IMG/VR virus record: IMGVR_UViG_3300025128_000017
Location: 1 to 64,000 of that record
Strand: one strand, 5' to 3'
Source: a virus
DNA: 64,000 bases
A program made the position numbers and the translations under genes. This document shows positions 39,539-49,582 of the stretch, one piece after another; within the stretch, counting starts at the first letter, position 1, and the number at the start of each line of letters is the position of its first letter. The notes beneath the pieces were generated by a model. The model worked only from the letters and a program-made list of their open reading frames with translations. It was not told the origin of the DNA and made no database searches.

Positions 39539-41919
39539 TCTAAAACACCTCCTGACAATATTCTTGTCACTTGATTAGACCAGTCAACATTAGTGGTAAT
39601 CATTTTCTTAAGATATTTCTTAAGCATGGCTGATAATGTTTTATACATCGGGTCTGATTTAGTGAGACCATTCCAAGCATCAACAAATATTTGTGGCTCA
39701 ATATCATTGTACTGTTTCTGTTTTATTAGTTGAGCAACACCGTATGCTTGTGGACTAGACTTGTCATGCTTCAATGCAAAGAATGCCGAAGGTGCGTCTT
39801 CTGTAAGTAACATGCTAGTAAACTCATTCCCTATTTCAAGAGACACATTGATTATATTTTTATCCATACATGTTTCACAATCTTCATTACCACAAGGTAT
39901 GAACATATCATCGTTCAAAGTATACTTAGTGTTGTGATGTAACCACTTACTTCCCAACGAAAGAGCAGCACTACGTATAGAAGGTTGCATATGTTTAGAT
40001 GTTATCCAAACTTCCCTGTAATGTGATGGCTTTCTATGCTTTGCTGTATAACTAAACAAGGCCAACCAATCATTTTCAGGTTTGGTCGCCACAAATGTTT
40101 GCTCAATAAATGTACGTGTCACCTCGTAAGTTTTGAACATTCTACAAAGTGCTTTATCTTCATGTCCAAAGTAACCTGTTGTGTCATCTGCATCGTTTAA
40201 GGTAGCATAATCAAATGCTGAACCCTCAAGGAACTTATTGTATAAACTACCATTGTTGTGTGCAAAGTTCTCAGCCATATTGGTATGTTTAACTACATTT
40301 TTGATATGAACTTCATCTTGACACGCCAAGAACTTGCGAATAGATTTAGCCAATTCAGCAGCACCGAATGCACAATCAGCCCATGCTTTACCACCAAATG
40401 CACCCGACCAACCTGTTTTGAATTGTTGACCACACCAATTTAACGCTAGTTCCATTTCTTCATAAGTTAAATCAAAACTTTCCATAGCAAGATAGTAATG
40501 TTTACGTTGCTTACTAGGTGTACTTTCATGATTTAGTTCAATCAGTTTTTTAGTACCTATTGCCGATACAAGCACTGGGGCAAACTCAATCGACATATCT
40601 TTCTTCATACCGAAACCATGTCTTAACTCACCAAGACATAAACCAACAGCGGCCTTAACTAACCAACCTGAGAAAGCACCTGCTAACATCGAGTTATGTT
40701 TAGGATTCATGTTATGACCTGACAACCATTGGTGGAAATAATGTGCAAACCAACCTTGTTGTCTACGCCACTGTGTTCTACTTCGTTCTAAGCCATTAGC
40801 AAAAGCAGTAATATCATCAGATAGATATGGATTGTATGGGTTAGGGTCAATTGGAAGTCCTTCTTCTTTAGCAACATGTGTAGGGCTACCTTCTACCCAC
40901 ACATCACCAACAGATACATCAGCCACAATGTAAGGTATGTCATGTGCCCTACAATGTGCATAGACGTGACTACCTAATGAACCATTAGGGTGAGATATAA
41001 CGAAGTCTTCAGGCATCTTGTCCTTAGTAATGTTGGCCTCTAACCACGCTAGTTCTTCCAAACCTTCTGTCTTCCATACGTGCTTGACTTCTATCTTACC
41101 AACACCATTAGGTACTGCACCCATTTCCATAGAAAGAGTTTCAACTGTTACACCATCAATTAATCTATTGTATACGAAAGGTGGACCACGAACTGTATGT
41201 GCTTCACTACCTCTTAATTGTGTAAATTTAGTTGAACCGTGTGCAAATTTTTCAGTTAAGTAGTTCATGTCTTTTTCATATACATATTCTAATTCGTATG
41301 TGTTTGGCTGATGACCTATTTCCTGAAAATGTTCAGCACAAGTCTTATCGTTTGGATTAACTAAGTAACACAAGGTTACACCATCTTTACCAGCAGTAAT
41401 ACCATCATGGTCACGACCAATCCAAGCATAGACATTTGGTGCTAAAACCATACTAGATGAAGCAGGGACAAAAGGTTGTAATATCATACAACCATTAGGG
41501 TCTGCTTCTTTCATAGTGGTACGTAGTCTACTCCATGAGTCTTCTAAATTATCGATTGTTACTTCAATAGATTCTAACACACCGTGTCTAGCAAATTCAG
41601 GACATGCTCTGAGGAAAGCAACATCGCTACCTATTCTATTAAAAGCACTAAGTACAACATCGTATTCATCATCTAATAAGATTAATTCAGTATGTGGTAC
41701 TTTGTATTTACCTTTACCTGACTTCACTACTTTTATGTAATTCAAAAAGGATTTAGCCTTCTGTGACTTGACCATAAAAACACGTTCATTGGTAGTAGTT
41801 TCTTGTAAAGTCCTACCTGTGTTTTTATCATCTGTCACTACTTCGTTTACTTCTTCAACAAGTTGTTTGAACATATCTTCAAAATTCATTTCATCATATT
41901 GTTTTTCCATTTCATTCAC
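39535..41919 (-). CDS. PEP-synthase/PPDK-like phosphohistidine dikinase-like protein with unknown C-terminal domain
   Basis: ATP-grasp-like 'KAKSF', 'FLRACP', 'ILQPFV', 'ELEY', 'TQLR'; swivel-domain 'GSLGSHVYAHCRAHDIPYIV' (cf. GGxTSHAAIxARxxGIPxV). Confidence 0.7.
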   Translation of the reverse strand: MNEMEKQYDEMNFEDMFKQLVEEVNEVVTDDKNTGRTLQETTTNERVFMVKSQKAKSFLNYIKVVKSGKGKYKVPHTELILLDDEYDVVLSAFNRIGSDVAFLRACPEFARHGVLESIEVTIDNLEDSWSRLRTTMKEADPNGCMILQPFVPASSSMVLAPNVYAWIGRDHDGITAGKDGVTLCYLVNPNDKTCAEHFQEIGHQPNTYELEYVYEKDMNYLTEKFAHGSTKFTQLRGSEAHTVRGPPFVYNRLIDGVTVETLSMEMGAVPNGVGKIEVKHVWKTEGLEELAWLEANITKDKMPEDFVISHPNGSLGSHVYAHCRAHDIPYIVADVSVGDVWVEGSPTHVAKEEGLPIDPNPYNPYLSDDITAFANGLERSRTQWRRQQGWFAHYFHQWLSGHNMNPKHNSMLAGAFSGWLVKAAVGLCLGELRHGFGMKKDMSIEFAPVLVSAIGTKKLIELNHESTPSKQRKHYYLAMESFDLTYEEMELALNWCGQQFKTGWSGAFGGKAWADCAFGAAELAKSIRKFLACQDEVHIKNVVKHTNMAENFAHNNGSLYNKFLEGSAFDYATLNDADDTTGYFGHEDKALCRMFKTYEVTRTFIEQTFVATKPENDWLALFSYTAKHRKPSHYREVWITSKHMQPSIRSAALSLGSKWLHHNTKYTLNDDMFIPCGNEDCETCMDKNIINVSLEIGNEFTSMLLTEDAPSAFFALKHDKSSPQAYGVAQLIKQKQYNDIEPQIFVDAWNGLTKSDPMYKTLSAMLKKYLKKMITTNVDWSNQVTRILSGGVLE

Positions 41920-43639
41920 TCTCCACTATATTATCTGCACTATTTATTATTTTCATTTCATGTGGATGTATTGTTTTAGCATTGTCATCACTGTAACCAG
42001 CACCACTACGTCTTTTTAGATAACCTTCTTTGACTAAGTCTACCGCCTCATTAACTTCACTTGGATTACCAAACAAAAGCATATCTTTTACCTGTACAGC
42101 AGTCGGTAAATTTTCAGGGTCTTTATCCCATTTCATACTTAGAATTAAATCTCTTCGTACTATTCTTACACCTATATCTTCCTTTTCAACGTCAGTAAGA
42201 ACTTCACTACCTGTTGTTAAATCCCAAGTTCTCTTATGTTTAGCAACACTACCTGTTGGCATTTTATCTATCAACTGTGGTATAAAAGCCCTCAATCGTG
42301 CTGCATGTTCAATATCCTTAAACAAATACGGTATCTCCCAATTGTTGTACCCAAGTAAAACATAAACTCGCTGTGGTTCTATGGGAGTCCATTGGAACTT
42401 AGCAATTTCATGACCATAGGATGACTTCTTGTCATACTTTGTGTATCTCCAACCATCGCCACATCTGCATATTGATTTGTCTGTGTGTTCTTCCGTTTCA
42501 CCTGCTACATAACAAACTGAACATGCAGTATCATTTTCATTTCTGTTCTTACTTCGTGTGTCTTGAATCCAACTTGATACTTCTGTAAGCCAAGACCAGT
42601 CAGACCAACCATGTAATGCTCTCCTACCTATACCAGTTTTATTTACTAACCTACGACCATCCCAATTTCTCATACGTTGTATTGAACCTTTGATTTCGTT
42701 TATCACTACTTCATCAGGTACACTTTGTGCTAGTGAACGTTTGACTCTATTGAATGGTACTATGCGACTTAGTGCTGTATTTCTAGCAGTTATATTTCTA
42801 CGCTTAAATTGGTCATGATTCCAACCACTGTGAACAACACGACCCTTACCCCTATACCAAATAGTATCCATTTCATCGGAGTCTTTTTCTTCTCTAATCA
42901 TGTACCAATCAGTTGCAGTTACTTCATTGTGATGGGCACAACTACCATAGTTAGCATCATCTCTTGTGTAACCGCACTCACCTTTCGTACGCTCCCATAG
43001 AAAACTAGTTGAAGACAAAAGTGCATAGTTGTCACTCATAAGTTCATGACTAATATTGAATTTGTCTGTACCGAATTTTTCTGCTAGATATAGTAATAGA
43101 GGTTTACATTCTTCTCTCATGAGGTATGCAGTGAAATTTGGCAAATTTGTTAAGTCCCCGTTTGTCAATTGGGGAGAATCACATCTAAAATGACACGCTT
43201 TCTTAACCACATCAGGTGCATCATCGTAGTACTCCCATTTGCTGATGCGACTACTATTTTTCCAAGCAATTCTGCCTTCATATAGATAAGGAAGAGGTAG
43301 TTCATATTTAATAGTAAATACTTCATCATGTCCACATGATTCGACAAGAGGACTGGGTAAATTACCGTACCCTACCTTACCTGTCATCATAACTGTTGCA
43401 ATACGTGTATTTTGATTTACCATATCTTTCCAAGTAAGTTGTGCTTGCTCTCCGTGGTTAGCAAGAGTGTACGCCACTGCTGCATCAATAGGCCAACACT
43501 TACTCAATTTATCCTGTATACGACCTAGTGTATTATCTACTAGAATAGGGTCATCTGTCCATAGTAAAGTTTCTTCTACTACACCTGCCGATACATATCT
43601 TTGCCAAGTATTCCAACCTTCTCTTTCTGCTTTACCCAT
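41912..43639 (-). CDS. Hypothetical protein (575 aa, Trp-rich, CxxC..H..C)
   Basis: Long ORF coupled within the dikinase operon. Confidence 0.7.
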   Translation of the reverse strand: MGKAEREGWNTWQRYVSAGVVEETLLWTDDPILVDNTLGRIQDKLSKCWPIDAAVAYTLANHGEQAQLTWKDMVNQNTRIATVMMTGKVGYGNLPSPLVESCGHDEVFTIKYELPLPYLYEGRIAWKNSSRISKWEYYDDAPDVVKKACHFRCDSPQLTNGDLTNLPNFTAYLMREECKPLLLYLAEKFGTDKFNISHELMSDNYALLSSTSFLWERTKGECGYTRDDANYGSCAHHNEVTATDWYMIREEKDSDEMDTIWYRGKGRVVHSGWNHDQFKRRNITARNTALSRIVPFNRVKRSLAQSVPDEVVINEIKGSIQRMRNWDGRRLVNKTGIGRRALHGWSDWSWLTEVSSWIQDTRSKNRNENDTACSVCYVAGETEEHTDKSICRCGDGWRYTKYDKKSSYGHEIAKFQWTPIEPQRVYVLLGYNNWEIPYLFKDIEHAARLRAFIPQLIDKMPTGSVAKHKRTWDLTTGSEVLTDVEKEDIGVRIVRRDLILSMKWDKDPENLPTAVQVKDMLLFGNPSEVNEAVDLVKEGYLKRRSGAGYSDDNAKTIHPHEMKIINSADNIVESE

Positions 43640-43640
43640 C

Positions 43641-44273
43641 TTAGTTACCTCCTGATGGTGCGTATGTCATTTCAAAATTCAATTTTGACCAATCGAGAAC
43701 ATACCTTGCTTTCAAAATCTTAGCACTTTGAGCATCTTCTTTCAAATCCCAATCGTTCTCAAGATATTTCTTATTCGTTACACCATAAAACATACCACGA
43801 GGTATACATGCAGGGATTGGTTCTTTAACTGCTTTATCTTTCTGTGGACCATTCTCTAACGTGTAACTTACTCCAACATTATGTTCCCAAGTAAAACTAA
43901 TTGGTTTCAATTTAGATACATCAATATCTTTTTGTTTAAACCACCACAACATTTGTTCTCCATAGGGATGGTTACACAGACCAGACTCAGTCGTTGTGTA
44001 TACTTTCAAAATATCGCCGTCAGTTGTTTCAGGTTTCATCGCACTACTCAATTGCAAATACTCAACAGTATCTTTGTTCCACTTGCGGTCTCCCCAATTG
44101 GCAATTGCGAATATTTGTCCTGTCTCTTCGTGTTCCCAACCACCACATCTTTGTCCGTAGCCACTACCACCACAATAGAATAAACGCACCTTTCCATCAG
44201 GACATTCAAATCCCACTTTTTCGCCTTCTACCCATTGACCATTCTCTATCTTATCACTTATATCTTCACTCAT
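43641..44273 (-). CDS. Hypothetical protein
   Basis: 210 aa, ATGA-coupled. Confidence 0.65.
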   Translation of the reverse strand: MSEDISDKIENGQWVEGEKVGFECPDGKVRLFYCGGSGYGQRCGGWEHEETGQIFAIANWGDRKWNKDTVEYLQLSSAMKPETTDGDILKVYTTTESGLCNHPYGEQMLWWFKQKDIDVSKLKPISFTWEHNVGVSYTLENGPQKDKAVKEPIPACIPRGMFYGVTNKKYLENDWDLKEDAQSAKILKARYVLDWSKLNFEMTYAPSGGN

Positions 44274-44515
44274 TCTTCATTCACTCCTATTACCTCATTC
44301 CACATTTCATTTGCTTCAGTTGGTGTTACAACTGTGGTAAATATTGTATCTGATGATACATGTATATCTACATCTATAACCTTTGGATGATTACTTCCCA
44401 GTACTCTCATCTGTATAGCAGTTATATCACTATATCTAATGGCAGTAGCATAATCCATACCATCTCTTTTTGTTACCACTTCAATCCATTTTTCATTCTT
44501 ATTGTCATTCAACAT
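44270..44515 (-). CDS. Small hypothetical protein (likely leaderless start)
   Basis: ATG 16 nt from the promoter; the track's N-terminal 'SVYKRTE' is translated promoter sequence. Confidence 0.65.
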   Translation of the reverse strand: MLNDNKNEKWIEVVTKRDGMDYATAIRYSDITAIQMRVLGSNHPKVIDVDIHVSSDTIFTTVVTPTEANEMWNEVIGVNEE

Positions 44516-44530
44516 AGTTTCTTTATGTTC

Positions 44531-44547
44531 TGTTCTTTTATATACTG
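44531..44547 (-). promoter_or_regulatory. Repeated promoter CAGTATATAAAAGAACA
   Basis: Exact 17-mer. Confidence 0.85.
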
Positions 44548-44706
44548 AAATTTGTTTGAACAAAAAAATATAACTCTTATTGTACGTATTACATTATATA
44601 AAAGAAATATACACGTAACCCTTCATGATTTTGACTATACGCTACGCTATTATTGAATCATAAATTCATTGATATGTACGTGAAAATGGAGACTATCATC
44701 TCTCAA

Positions 44707-44721
44707 CAGTATATAAAGAAC
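44707..44721 (+). promoter_or_regulatory. Promoter variant CAGTATATAAAGAAC on the + strand
   Basis: One-A deletion of the consensus; divergent from the copy at 44531. Confidence 0.55.
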
Positions 44722-44748
44722 GTGCGTATAGGGTACAAATGCCAAGCC

Positions 44749-44781
44749 AAAAAAAAAGGCGAGGGCCGTTAAGCCCCCGCC
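44749..44781 (-). terminator. Hairpin plus U9 terminator
   Basis: Minus strand GGCGGGGGC-TTAACG-GCCCTCGCC-T9; the G.U pair works only on the minus strand. Confidence 0.75.
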
Positions 44782-44827
44782 AGTTTGTTATGTGTTACGT
44801 GCGTGTGTTAATAGATTCCCTTCTTCA

Positions 44828-45205
44828 TTATTTAATCTCCTCCATATATTTCTTTAAATTCTTAGGTAAGTATTTGTGTAAACGTTCATTCTGCATGGCT
44901 ATATATTCATGGTTACTTACCCATATTATACCCATACTTCTTGCTTTACTTTTGTTCTTTTTCATTATACCAAGTAACCCTTCATGTGGTGGTCTAGGAT
45001 GTTCATATAAAGCACGACAATGAAAAATAGGTTCTCCCCACCTAGTAAATGCACCTTTATCAAACCATTTTTTTAAATGCCACATAGATGGTCTTAACAT
45101 ATCATAATCCGGTACACCATTTACTAAACAAAAACCGTGTGTGCTTATACTCTCATTCATATTTCTTAGCCCCTTTGTTATTTCCTTTACCTTGTCTGTA
45201 ATCAT
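44828..45205 (-). CDS. Hypothetical protein
   Basis: Follows the helicase and ends before the terminator; start probably internal (MNES). Confidence 0.55.
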   Translation of the reverse strand: MITDKVKEITKGLRNMNESISTHGFCLVNGVPDYDMLRPSMWHLKKWFDKGAFTRWGEPIFHCRALYEHPRPPHEGLLGIMKKNKSKARSMGIIWVSNHEYIAMQNERLHKYLPKNLKKYMEEIK

Positions 45206-47300
45206 CTAGCATAGACGCTGGTACTTGACCTGACTCTACCATACCTTGTAGTATCTGTTCAACTATCTCACCCCTATTTACTGCTTCTTCAGTACCATTA
45301 AGAATGGATGATATGACTCTTCTCTTTTCCTCAACCACACGGTCGAAGTGTTGGTCTATTGTTCCATCAACTGTTAGATAGATAGCCCAACAAGTATCAC
45401 CAGTAGCACCTATCCTTAGCACTCTATCTTCTGCTTGTTCTTCCCAACCTGATACCCACTCACGTTCTAAGAATACAACAGTATCAGCGGCAGTAAGAGT
45501 AATACCTGCATTGGCAGCAGTTATAGAACAAAACAGTATATCTAAATTACCATCTTGAAAGTCATCTACAATTTCCTGTCTCTTCTTAGACAATGTATCA
45601 CCTGTTATCTTTGCTACTCTTTTGATACCCGATGCAACACACTCACTCATGCAATCCTCCAACACATCTTTGTGGTGCGTATAAACTATGATTGGTTTGT
45701 TATTATTATTAGTCCTGTAATCTTCTATGTACTTTACCGCACTGTTTACTTTTAAATGTCCACACAGTTTTCTTAAGTCAGTCATCATGTTCAATACAAA
45801 ACCTCTCGGCATACCTTTGTGTGCTTTATACATATCATATTGTGAAACCCATGACGCTTGTGTCTCCATGTAATCATCTAACTCATCTTCACTAGGTTGT
45901 ACAATAAATGACTGTCTTACTTTCTTAGGTAACTGTGGTAAGACTTCTGTTTTTAGTCTACGTATCATAAAGTCTCTACACATAGCATTTAATTCCTGTG
46001 TATTACTTGCACCTTTAGTATACCAAAAACCATGATTATCTTCAGGTCTTCTACCATCGCAATATCTTAAAACATAATCTTGCCATCTACCTCTCCAGTC
46101 AGCAGGTCTAAGCATTTGTAGTATAGTAAAGAAATCAATAGGTCTGTTAGATATGGGTGTACCTGACATACATAGTATTGATTCAGCACTACCGCCAACC
46201 TTCAAACAAGACATAGTTCTTTTTGCTTTAGGGTTCTTCATGTTATCACATTCATCAAACACAACAAGATTAAACCCACGTTTGAGTATGTTGCTCTCTT
46301 GTTTAGCCATCTTAGCGTAGGTGATTACTGTAAAGTCTACGTCTTCCAGTTCATCATCACCCCTTTCAACTACTTGCACCGTTGCATCTTTAACCCAACG
46401 TAGTATTTCTTTCTTCCAATTTTGTTCTACGATAAGTGGTACAACAACAAGCACAGGCCAATGTTCAGGATGAAGTGCTGCATACGCTATGGCTTGTATC
46501 GTTTTACCAACACCCATGTCATCAGCAATTAAACAACGACCACCCGATAGTTCAGCATATCTCACACCTACATACTGAAAGCCGAACAATTCTAAATCGG
46601 GATTAAACTGTACTGCTAGTCTACTCTTCATGTCTTCTAGTGTTTCATCATCTTCTAAAGATACTGCACCACTAATTGCTATTCTTTCAACCTTGCCTTC
46701 TAGGTATGAAGCAACTTGAGGTAACTCTCTGATTGAAGTAGCCATGTTAGCACACTCACTATGTTCATCAAGAAGCGAAAGTAATTCCATACATGAACTC
46801 AATGGCACTGACCACTCAAGTGATTCAGCCTTCCATCTTCTACCACTCATACCACTTACTATACCTCTAGCAACATCATCCTTATTCATTCTCATGTGTA
46901 TGGCATCCTTAACCATACGCACACCCAAAGGAACTACAACTTTTTCAACACCTTCAGGTGCATCATATAAATAATCATGTAAGTCATCGCACAAGTAAGA
47001 TTCTGTTATACCTAAATTGTAATACTCTTTACGCTTGTAAGCATTCTCTAGTAAATCAATTGCCTTAGCGATTGTAATCTTGTCATCTTTAAGACATCTT
47101 ACTTTTGCTTCATTATCCCATTGATAATCAGGAAACTCTATTCCATTTTTTAATATCGTATGTATGTTAGCATGGTATGGATTATTCCTATCCCAATCTG
47201 ATTCTAAATCTATGGAGATACTAGGGTTATTCCATTTTCTATACATCCTGTTATATCGTTCTGCTTCTATTGTTCTACGTCTTAATACCCTACGATTCAT
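45153..47300 (-). CDS. SNF2-family (SMARCAL1/HARP-like) helicase
   Basis: 'ADDMGVGKT', 'DECD', 'SGTPISN', 'GITLT', 'QAEDRVLRIG'; HARP-like 'RRWKAESLEWSVP'. Confidence 0.9.
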   Translation of the reverse strand: MNRRVLRRRTIEAERYNRMYRKWNNPSISIDLESDWDRNNPYHANIHTILKNGIEFPDYQWDNEAKVRCLKDDKITIAKAIDLLENAYKRKEYYNLGITESYLCDDLHDYLYDAPEGVEKVVVPLGVRMVKDAIHMRMNKDDVARGIVSGMSGRRWKAESLEWSVPLSSCMELLSLLDEHSECANMATSIRELPQVASYLEGKVERIAISGAVSLEDDETLEDMKSRLAVQFNPDLELFGFQYVGVRYAELSGGRCLIADDMGVGKTIQAIAYAALHPEHWPVLVVVPLIVEQNWKKEILRWVKDATVQVVERGDDELEDVDFTVITYAKMAKQESNILKRGFNLVVFDECDNMKNPKAKRTMSCLKVGGSAESILCMSGTPISNRPIDFFTILQMLRPADWRGRWQDYVLRYCDGRRPEDNHGFWYTKGASNTQELNAMCRDFMIRRLKTEVLPQLPKKVRQSFIVQPSEDELDDYMETQASWVSQYDMYKAHKGMPRGFVLNMMTDLRKLCGHLKVNSAVKYIEDYRTNNNNKPIIVYTHHKDVLEDCMSECVASGIKRVAKITGDTLSKKRQEIVDDFQDGNLDILFCSITAANAGITLTAADTVVFLEREWVSGWEEQAEDRVLRIGATGDTCWAIYLTVDGTIDQHFDRVVEEKRRVISSILNGTEEAVNRGEIVEQILQGMVESGQVPASMLDDYRQGKGNNKGAKKYE

Positions 47301-47402
47301 GCTAATCTACTCCTTACACATTCATATACTAGGTTGCCAAGCGACCACAAAAACGCAACACCAACAAGAACTATTGGAAATACATCTACTTCACTCATAT
47401 GA

Positions 47403-47909
47403 TTACCATCCTCTCTCGTTCAAATCGTGTAACTCTTTATCTGTCAGCAGTCTATGTCCTTTTGCTTCTGCTTGTCTACATGGACGACAAACCTTGTTCA
47501 CATCATCATCTTGATATCTACCTTCACACTTTTCAGTGTAATGCCAACGGAAATCACCTACATTATGTTCAGTATCTATTGGTAGGTCAGTGTAGACGTT
47601 ACCTGTGTTACGACATTTGTATGTATATATTATACCTGCGACTTTTGGTTTTGTATCTTTCAAATAACTCGTATGGTATGCGTCCACTTCACATTCTTCT
47701 ACCCTTCTAATTGCTTCGGCTTTACTTACTGTGGCATTTGGAAACATACTTTCTTTACCATACTTAGCATCCACTGTAAAACAATCTTCTTCCCATCTTC
47801 TACGTGTCAATAGATACTGTACTCTTATTACTTCATCACCATGTTTACTTTTCTCTTTCCAATATTTATGGTGTTGAACATACGCATCTACAAATGGTAC
47901 TGAACTCAT
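47403..47909 (-). CDS. Hypothetical protein
   Basis: ATGA-coupled; Cys motifs. Confidence 0.55.
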   Translation of the reverse strand: MSSVPFVDAYVQHHKYWKEKSKHGDEVIRVQYLLTRRRWEEDCFTVDAKYGKESMFPNATVSKAEAIRRVEECEVDAYHTSYLKDTKPKVAGIIYTYKCRNTGNVYTDLPIDTEHNVGDFRWHYTEKCEGRYQDDDVNKVCRPCRQAEAKGHRLLTDKELHDLNERGW

Positions 47910-48115
47910 TCTTCTTCCCCCATATCAAACGCTTCAGCGTACATTTCCCTCACTTGCTCATCAGTTAATTGATTGTATGGAATCCAACCATCACCTGATA
48001 GAATAGCCCAAAGAAACTCACGGTCGCCGTAAGTATAAGAGTTTTCTATTAAAGCGATGTCTGTCTCTATCAATGCGTTCACCATCATTTCTCTTGTCTT
48101 TACTACATCACTCAT
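47906..48115 (-). CDS. Hypothetical protein
   Basis: ATGA-coupled at both ends. Confidence 0.6.
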   Translation of the reverse strand: MSDVVKTREMMVNALIETDIALIENSYTYGDREFLWAILSGDGWIPYNQLTDEQVREMYAEAFDMGEEE

Positions 48116-48420
48116 TCTTCCTCGCCTCCTAATTCAGCATCTAACCTAGCCAACTCTTCACGTAATGCTACTCTTCTTGCTTTCTTCTTACGCAATTCAA
48201 CTATCGCTTTCATAGCAACAGGGTCATAGTCATCAGTGTTACCTTCAGTCTCAAACCAATCAAGCAAGTCATCGAACCTCGATATGATTTCAGGTGCATA
48301 CCAATGTCCAAACATATTCATTGTACCTGACTCCTGTACACTACGGTAATCATCCCACATGGCTTTCGTTACGTTTGCTAACATTCTTCTTTGTATTTCA
48401 TTTTGTGTTAATCCTCTCAT
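48112..48420 (-). CDS. Hypothetical protein
   Basis: 'VQESGTMNMF' motif; ATGA-coupled. Confidence 0.6.
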   Translation of the reverse strand: MRGLTQNEIQRRMLANVTKAMWDDYRSVQESGTMNMFGHWYAPEIISRFDDLLDWFETEGNTDDYDPVAMKAIVELRKKKARRVALREELARLDAELGGEEE

Positions 48421-49361
48421 TCTTCCTCGCCCCCTAGTATCGCTGACAGTATGTAGTCAGCCGCTTTCTGTGCATCACCAAACGCTTTGTTCAATGCTTT
48501 GTCTTTATCTTTGCAAGCCTTGAGCCATGACTGTAAGTATGCTACGTTGTTAGCATTCTCTTCGGCCACCAAGTCAGGCTTGAACTCACCACCAAGAGTG
48601 AGTGTAACAATCAATGAACCAAGTTCAGCAATCAATTCCTCGTAGGCATACTCCGCCGAACCAAAGTGAGACTTGAGATTTCTATTTAGTCTTGTTGCAT
48701 ATCCAGTGGAGTGAACTGCCTCATGTATAGCAGTCATCACTTCACCCATGCTGTCAGTGAATGACTCATGTGGTGGTAGTACAATCTTATCGTGTACTGG
48801 TGTATAGTATGCTCTGTCGCCACCTCTTGAGTAATCAAGATTGACTTGCGATGCTACGTATTCATCCATGTGTTCCATCATTTCTGACACAGGTACAATC
48901 TCTTCAGCATTCTCAACAACGGGTGCTACGTAGTCCTCACATTGTTCAACACAAAACACTTCATAGTATCTAAGTGTACGACCGTAGTGTTCTTCTTCCT
49001 CACCCTCATCATTCTTCTTAGTGTACTTAGTAGTATTGAACCACTTGATGCTTACACCTGTACCATTCTTCAAGCCTTTGATTGACATTTTCTTAGCCAT
49101 CAACTGCTTACGTGTAGCAAACCGTAGGTCAGTCCAACCATTAGTCATCGCTTCAATCCAAAGCATGACTAGATTACCACCACGATATGATTTCTTAGAC
49201 ACTAGATTGGATGGCATACTACTCTTACCACCCTTCCAATGCTTACGCCAAGCCAACTTCTCACCCTGTATCGCACCCTCTAGTTTCTGAAACCACTCAT
49301 CGTTAGCAGTTTCTCTCTTCATCTTTGCATATTGTTTCTTCTGTTGTATACTCATCGTCAT
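48417..49361 (-). CDS. ardC: ArdC-like antirestriction protein (ssDNA-binding plus zincin domain)
   Basis: 'W.K.W', 'P.NLVSKKSYRGGN', 'AYYTP..D.I.LP', 'HEAVHSTG..RLNR', 'YAYEELIAELGS', 'YLQSW'. Confidence 0.9.
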   Translation of the reverse strand: MTMSIQQKKQYAKMKRETANDEWFQKLEGAIQGEKLAWRKHWKGGKSSMPSNLVSKKSYRGGNLVMLWIEAMTNGWTDLRFATRKQLMAKKMSIKGLKNGTGVSIKWFNTTKYTKKNDEGEEEEHYGRTLRYYEVFCVEQCEDYVAPVVENAEEIVPVSEMMEHMDEYVASQVNLDYSRGGDRAYYTPVHDKIVLPPHESFTDSMGEVMTAIHEAVHSTGYATRLNRNLKSHFGSAEYAYEELIAELGSLIVTLTLGGEFKPDLVAEENANNVAYLQSWLKACKDKDKALNKAFGDAQKAADYILSAILGGEEE

Positions 49362-49362
49362 A

Positions 49363-49581
49363 TTATTTCATCTCCCTTATCTGTTTTGCTATTGATTCTC
49401 TCATCGCTTTCTTTTCTTCGTCTGTATGGCCCATGACTATCCATTGAGAACCACACTGTTCACAAAAGAAATCATTTGCATCTTCATCATAGTCCACAGT
49501 TTTCTCACTACATTCTTCTGTTACATTACAATGTAACCAATCTTTCTTCTTTATTTCCTCTATCGTCATTCTTTTATCCAT
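49363..49581 (-). CDS. Small Zn-ribbon protein
   Basis: C....C and CEQC. Confidence 0.5.
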   Translation of the reverse strand: MDKRMTIEEIKKKDWLHCNVTEECSEKTVDYDEDANDFFCEQCGSQWIVMGHTDEEKKAMRESIAKQIREMK

Positions 49582-49582
49582 A

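Noticed and set aside
47906-49361. C-terminal 'GEEE' as a protein degron or targeting signal
   Set aside because: More simply a by-product of the overlapping RBS and ATGA junction.
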